A stretch of 64,000 nucleotides of DNA from Octopus bimaculoides (taxonomy: Eukaryota): NCBI RefSeq assembly GCF_001194135.2, contig NC_068987.1, positions 42,072,950 to 42,136,949 on the forward strand. Reading direction: 5' to 3'. The translations under genes and the position numbers were made by a program. Numbering within the stretch: the stretch's first letter is position 1; every line of letters starts with the position of its first letter. The notes under the pieces were generated by a model. That model was not told the DNA's origin, ran no database searches, and saw only the letters and a program-made list of their open reading frames with translations. Shown here one piece after another: positions 62,404-64,000 of the stretch.

Positions 62404-62500
62404 CATTTAGACGATCAACTTCTTTTGATCTCTTCTCTAGTAGTATGGCCAACTCCTTCTTCTCGGCTTCCAATTGCTCATTTGATTTACTAAGTTGAAT
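62404..62500 (-). CDS. TPR: TPR exon, 97 bp (IQLSKSNEQLEAEKKELAILLEKRSKEVDRLN+G), phase 0/1
   Basis: Acceptor ttttgaAG, donor GTAAGT; aligns to human SQFTRTKEELEAEKRDL... Confidence 0.9.
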
Positions 62501-63474
62501 CTTCAAAATACAACATTAATTATATTACTTTTTTTTTAATGGAGAACATTTACTTACAACAATTTGTATGTTCATGCAAAACTGATTAGAAAAACAAATC
62601 TTCAAAATGAGACACCTGTACCAAAATTAGGACTTCAATCATTATAGATGGGGTAGTTTTCTACAGTATTCTACATTCTATAATATAATCATCATTATCT
62701 TTTAATCCATGCTGGTTGAATATAAGAACATAATAGTTGATACAGATATATGTTAAGTTCCTTATGAACAAAAGGGGCCATATTTTATCAAAACAATTCA
62801 CTATAATCCCTCAAGTCAAGGTAATCACTTGGTTAGCTAGAAATAGCAGGCAATCTCCCTCAAAGCACACTTTATCTTAAAAAAGATGGGATTGTCAATG
62901 TCTGTCAACCTGGAGTGAACTCAGCAACATCAGGTAAGAATGCTGTTAGTGACTAAAATATATTGAAACTACAAGGTTACATCTTTAGTGTGAGTGTGAG
63001 TGTGTGTGTGTGTGTGTGTATGTGTGTGTGTGCATGTAGAAGAGGAAGGTTTATACTTTGTTGAATTATCCTCATCAATTCACTGTATTTTATTGATGAC
63101 CAGGAAGTGGCCACTTATCATATTGGAATAATAACAGATCCTATGAGATGTAAAATAATGACAGAGAGACTATTTTGAAGGGGGGAATACTTTACTATCA
63201 ATAAATACTCTCATAAAAATAACACGGCTTGATTAATTCTGAAATTTCAATCAAGTCTTCCTGTTATAGAAATGAGTGACATATCAAAATGTTATTTGTA
63301 CATTTTAAAATTTGTCAGGTATGACCCACATGCTAAGAAGATCATGTAGTTTTTGAATGCTATCATCTGCACAATACATGCAGCAGATAGAAACATCTAG
63401 TGAAACATTATGGCTTTCTGTTAGTTAATGAAGTCAACGAGAAAACCAGTAACTAGCTGAATTCCTCAGACAGC

Positions 63475-63780
63475 AATTTCATCTCCATCATTTTGACAGG
63501 ATCTAATGAGCTGGAAGAATGTGTCAAGTTCCAATGTCTGTTTAAGCATGATTTCTAAAGCTGGGTGCCCTTCTGAATGATACCCACTTTACAGAGTGTA
63601 TTGGGTGCTTTTTTTTTTTTTTTTTTTTTTTTTGTGATACCAACTCTAGTAAGGTCATCAACTCTCAAGACAAAAGAAAAAGTCCCTTTACTGACAAGTA
63701 CATGGAAGAAATGCCTTTATGCTAGGTATTGAGAGGCATAAGTATGATAGTGTGACAAGCACAAATATCTTGCTATCCAT
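63475..63780 (-). mobile_element. RTE-tailed repeat family copy with poly(T) expansion
   Basis: ttttgacaggatctaatgag...ccactttacagagtgtattgggtgc(t)n; gcctttatgctaggtattgagaggcataagtatgatag. Confidence 0.6.
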
Positions 63781-64000
63781 TCCCGTTGCAAAATGCTTGA
63801 GATAAATTTAAAATTAAAATGTACATGTATATTAATTTAGTATTAATATTTTAATGATAAGAATAATAATTACTATTAAATACTACGGCTTTCCCTCCGA
63901 GCCCAACTAGCTATATGGTGCATAAGCTTAGTTAACACAAGGGATGTGCTCAACATCCATTTTGCACACTTGTTACAACCACCCACCCTCCCCCACCACC

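Larger units (their letters stand above)
3074..62500 (-). other. TPR: TPR gene span (partial; 23 internal coding exons, 5' and 3' ends outside window)
   Basis: Spliced translation matches hallmark TPR segments (LEAEKKEL, SPTAAATSKLLKSGMTLTQIYNEYV, EIEEKAPIL, LQVQNQRLL, ESIIRQRDMYRVL, QNVLLSNLQTIQ). All visible junctions are GT-AG with compatible phases. Confidence 0.95.

Noticed and set aside
62501-64000. Upstream TPR exons or promoter
   Set aside because: No coiled-coil frame with splice sites and no CpG-rich or promoter signal found.

Overview
AT-rich, repeat-dense animal genomic DNA with six N-gaps. The SINE and RTE repeat families look like those I recognise from octopus, so the taxon is an inference. 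The only host gene is TPR (nucleoprotein TPR/Megator, nuclear-basket coiled-coil protein) on the minus strand. I traced 23 internal GT-AG exons from 62500 down to 3074, about 859 codons with phases compatible at every fully visible junction; one exon runs into an assembly gap. They correspond roughly to aa 111-960 of human TPR as I recall it, and both gene ends lie outside the window. Introns are filled with decayed mobile elements: RTE, CR1, L1/Tx1 and Penelope-like retroelements; mariner DD34D, maT DD37D and Tigger/pogo DNA transposons; MITEs; and several tRNA-derived SINE families. The most striking observation is a ~250-bp tRNA-headed SINE inserted in the L1/Tx1 element (58140-58388). It carries a near-intact minimal type-I hammerhead ribozyme of the Penelope type (CTGATGA-stem II-GAAACGTC with palindromic stem III). 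Other notable items are a C4HC3 PHD-like finger embedded in the RTE reverse transcriptase, an inverted RTE pair bracketing an in-frame 441-nt three-exon TPR block, and an RG-rich/CDK-site linker in TPR.
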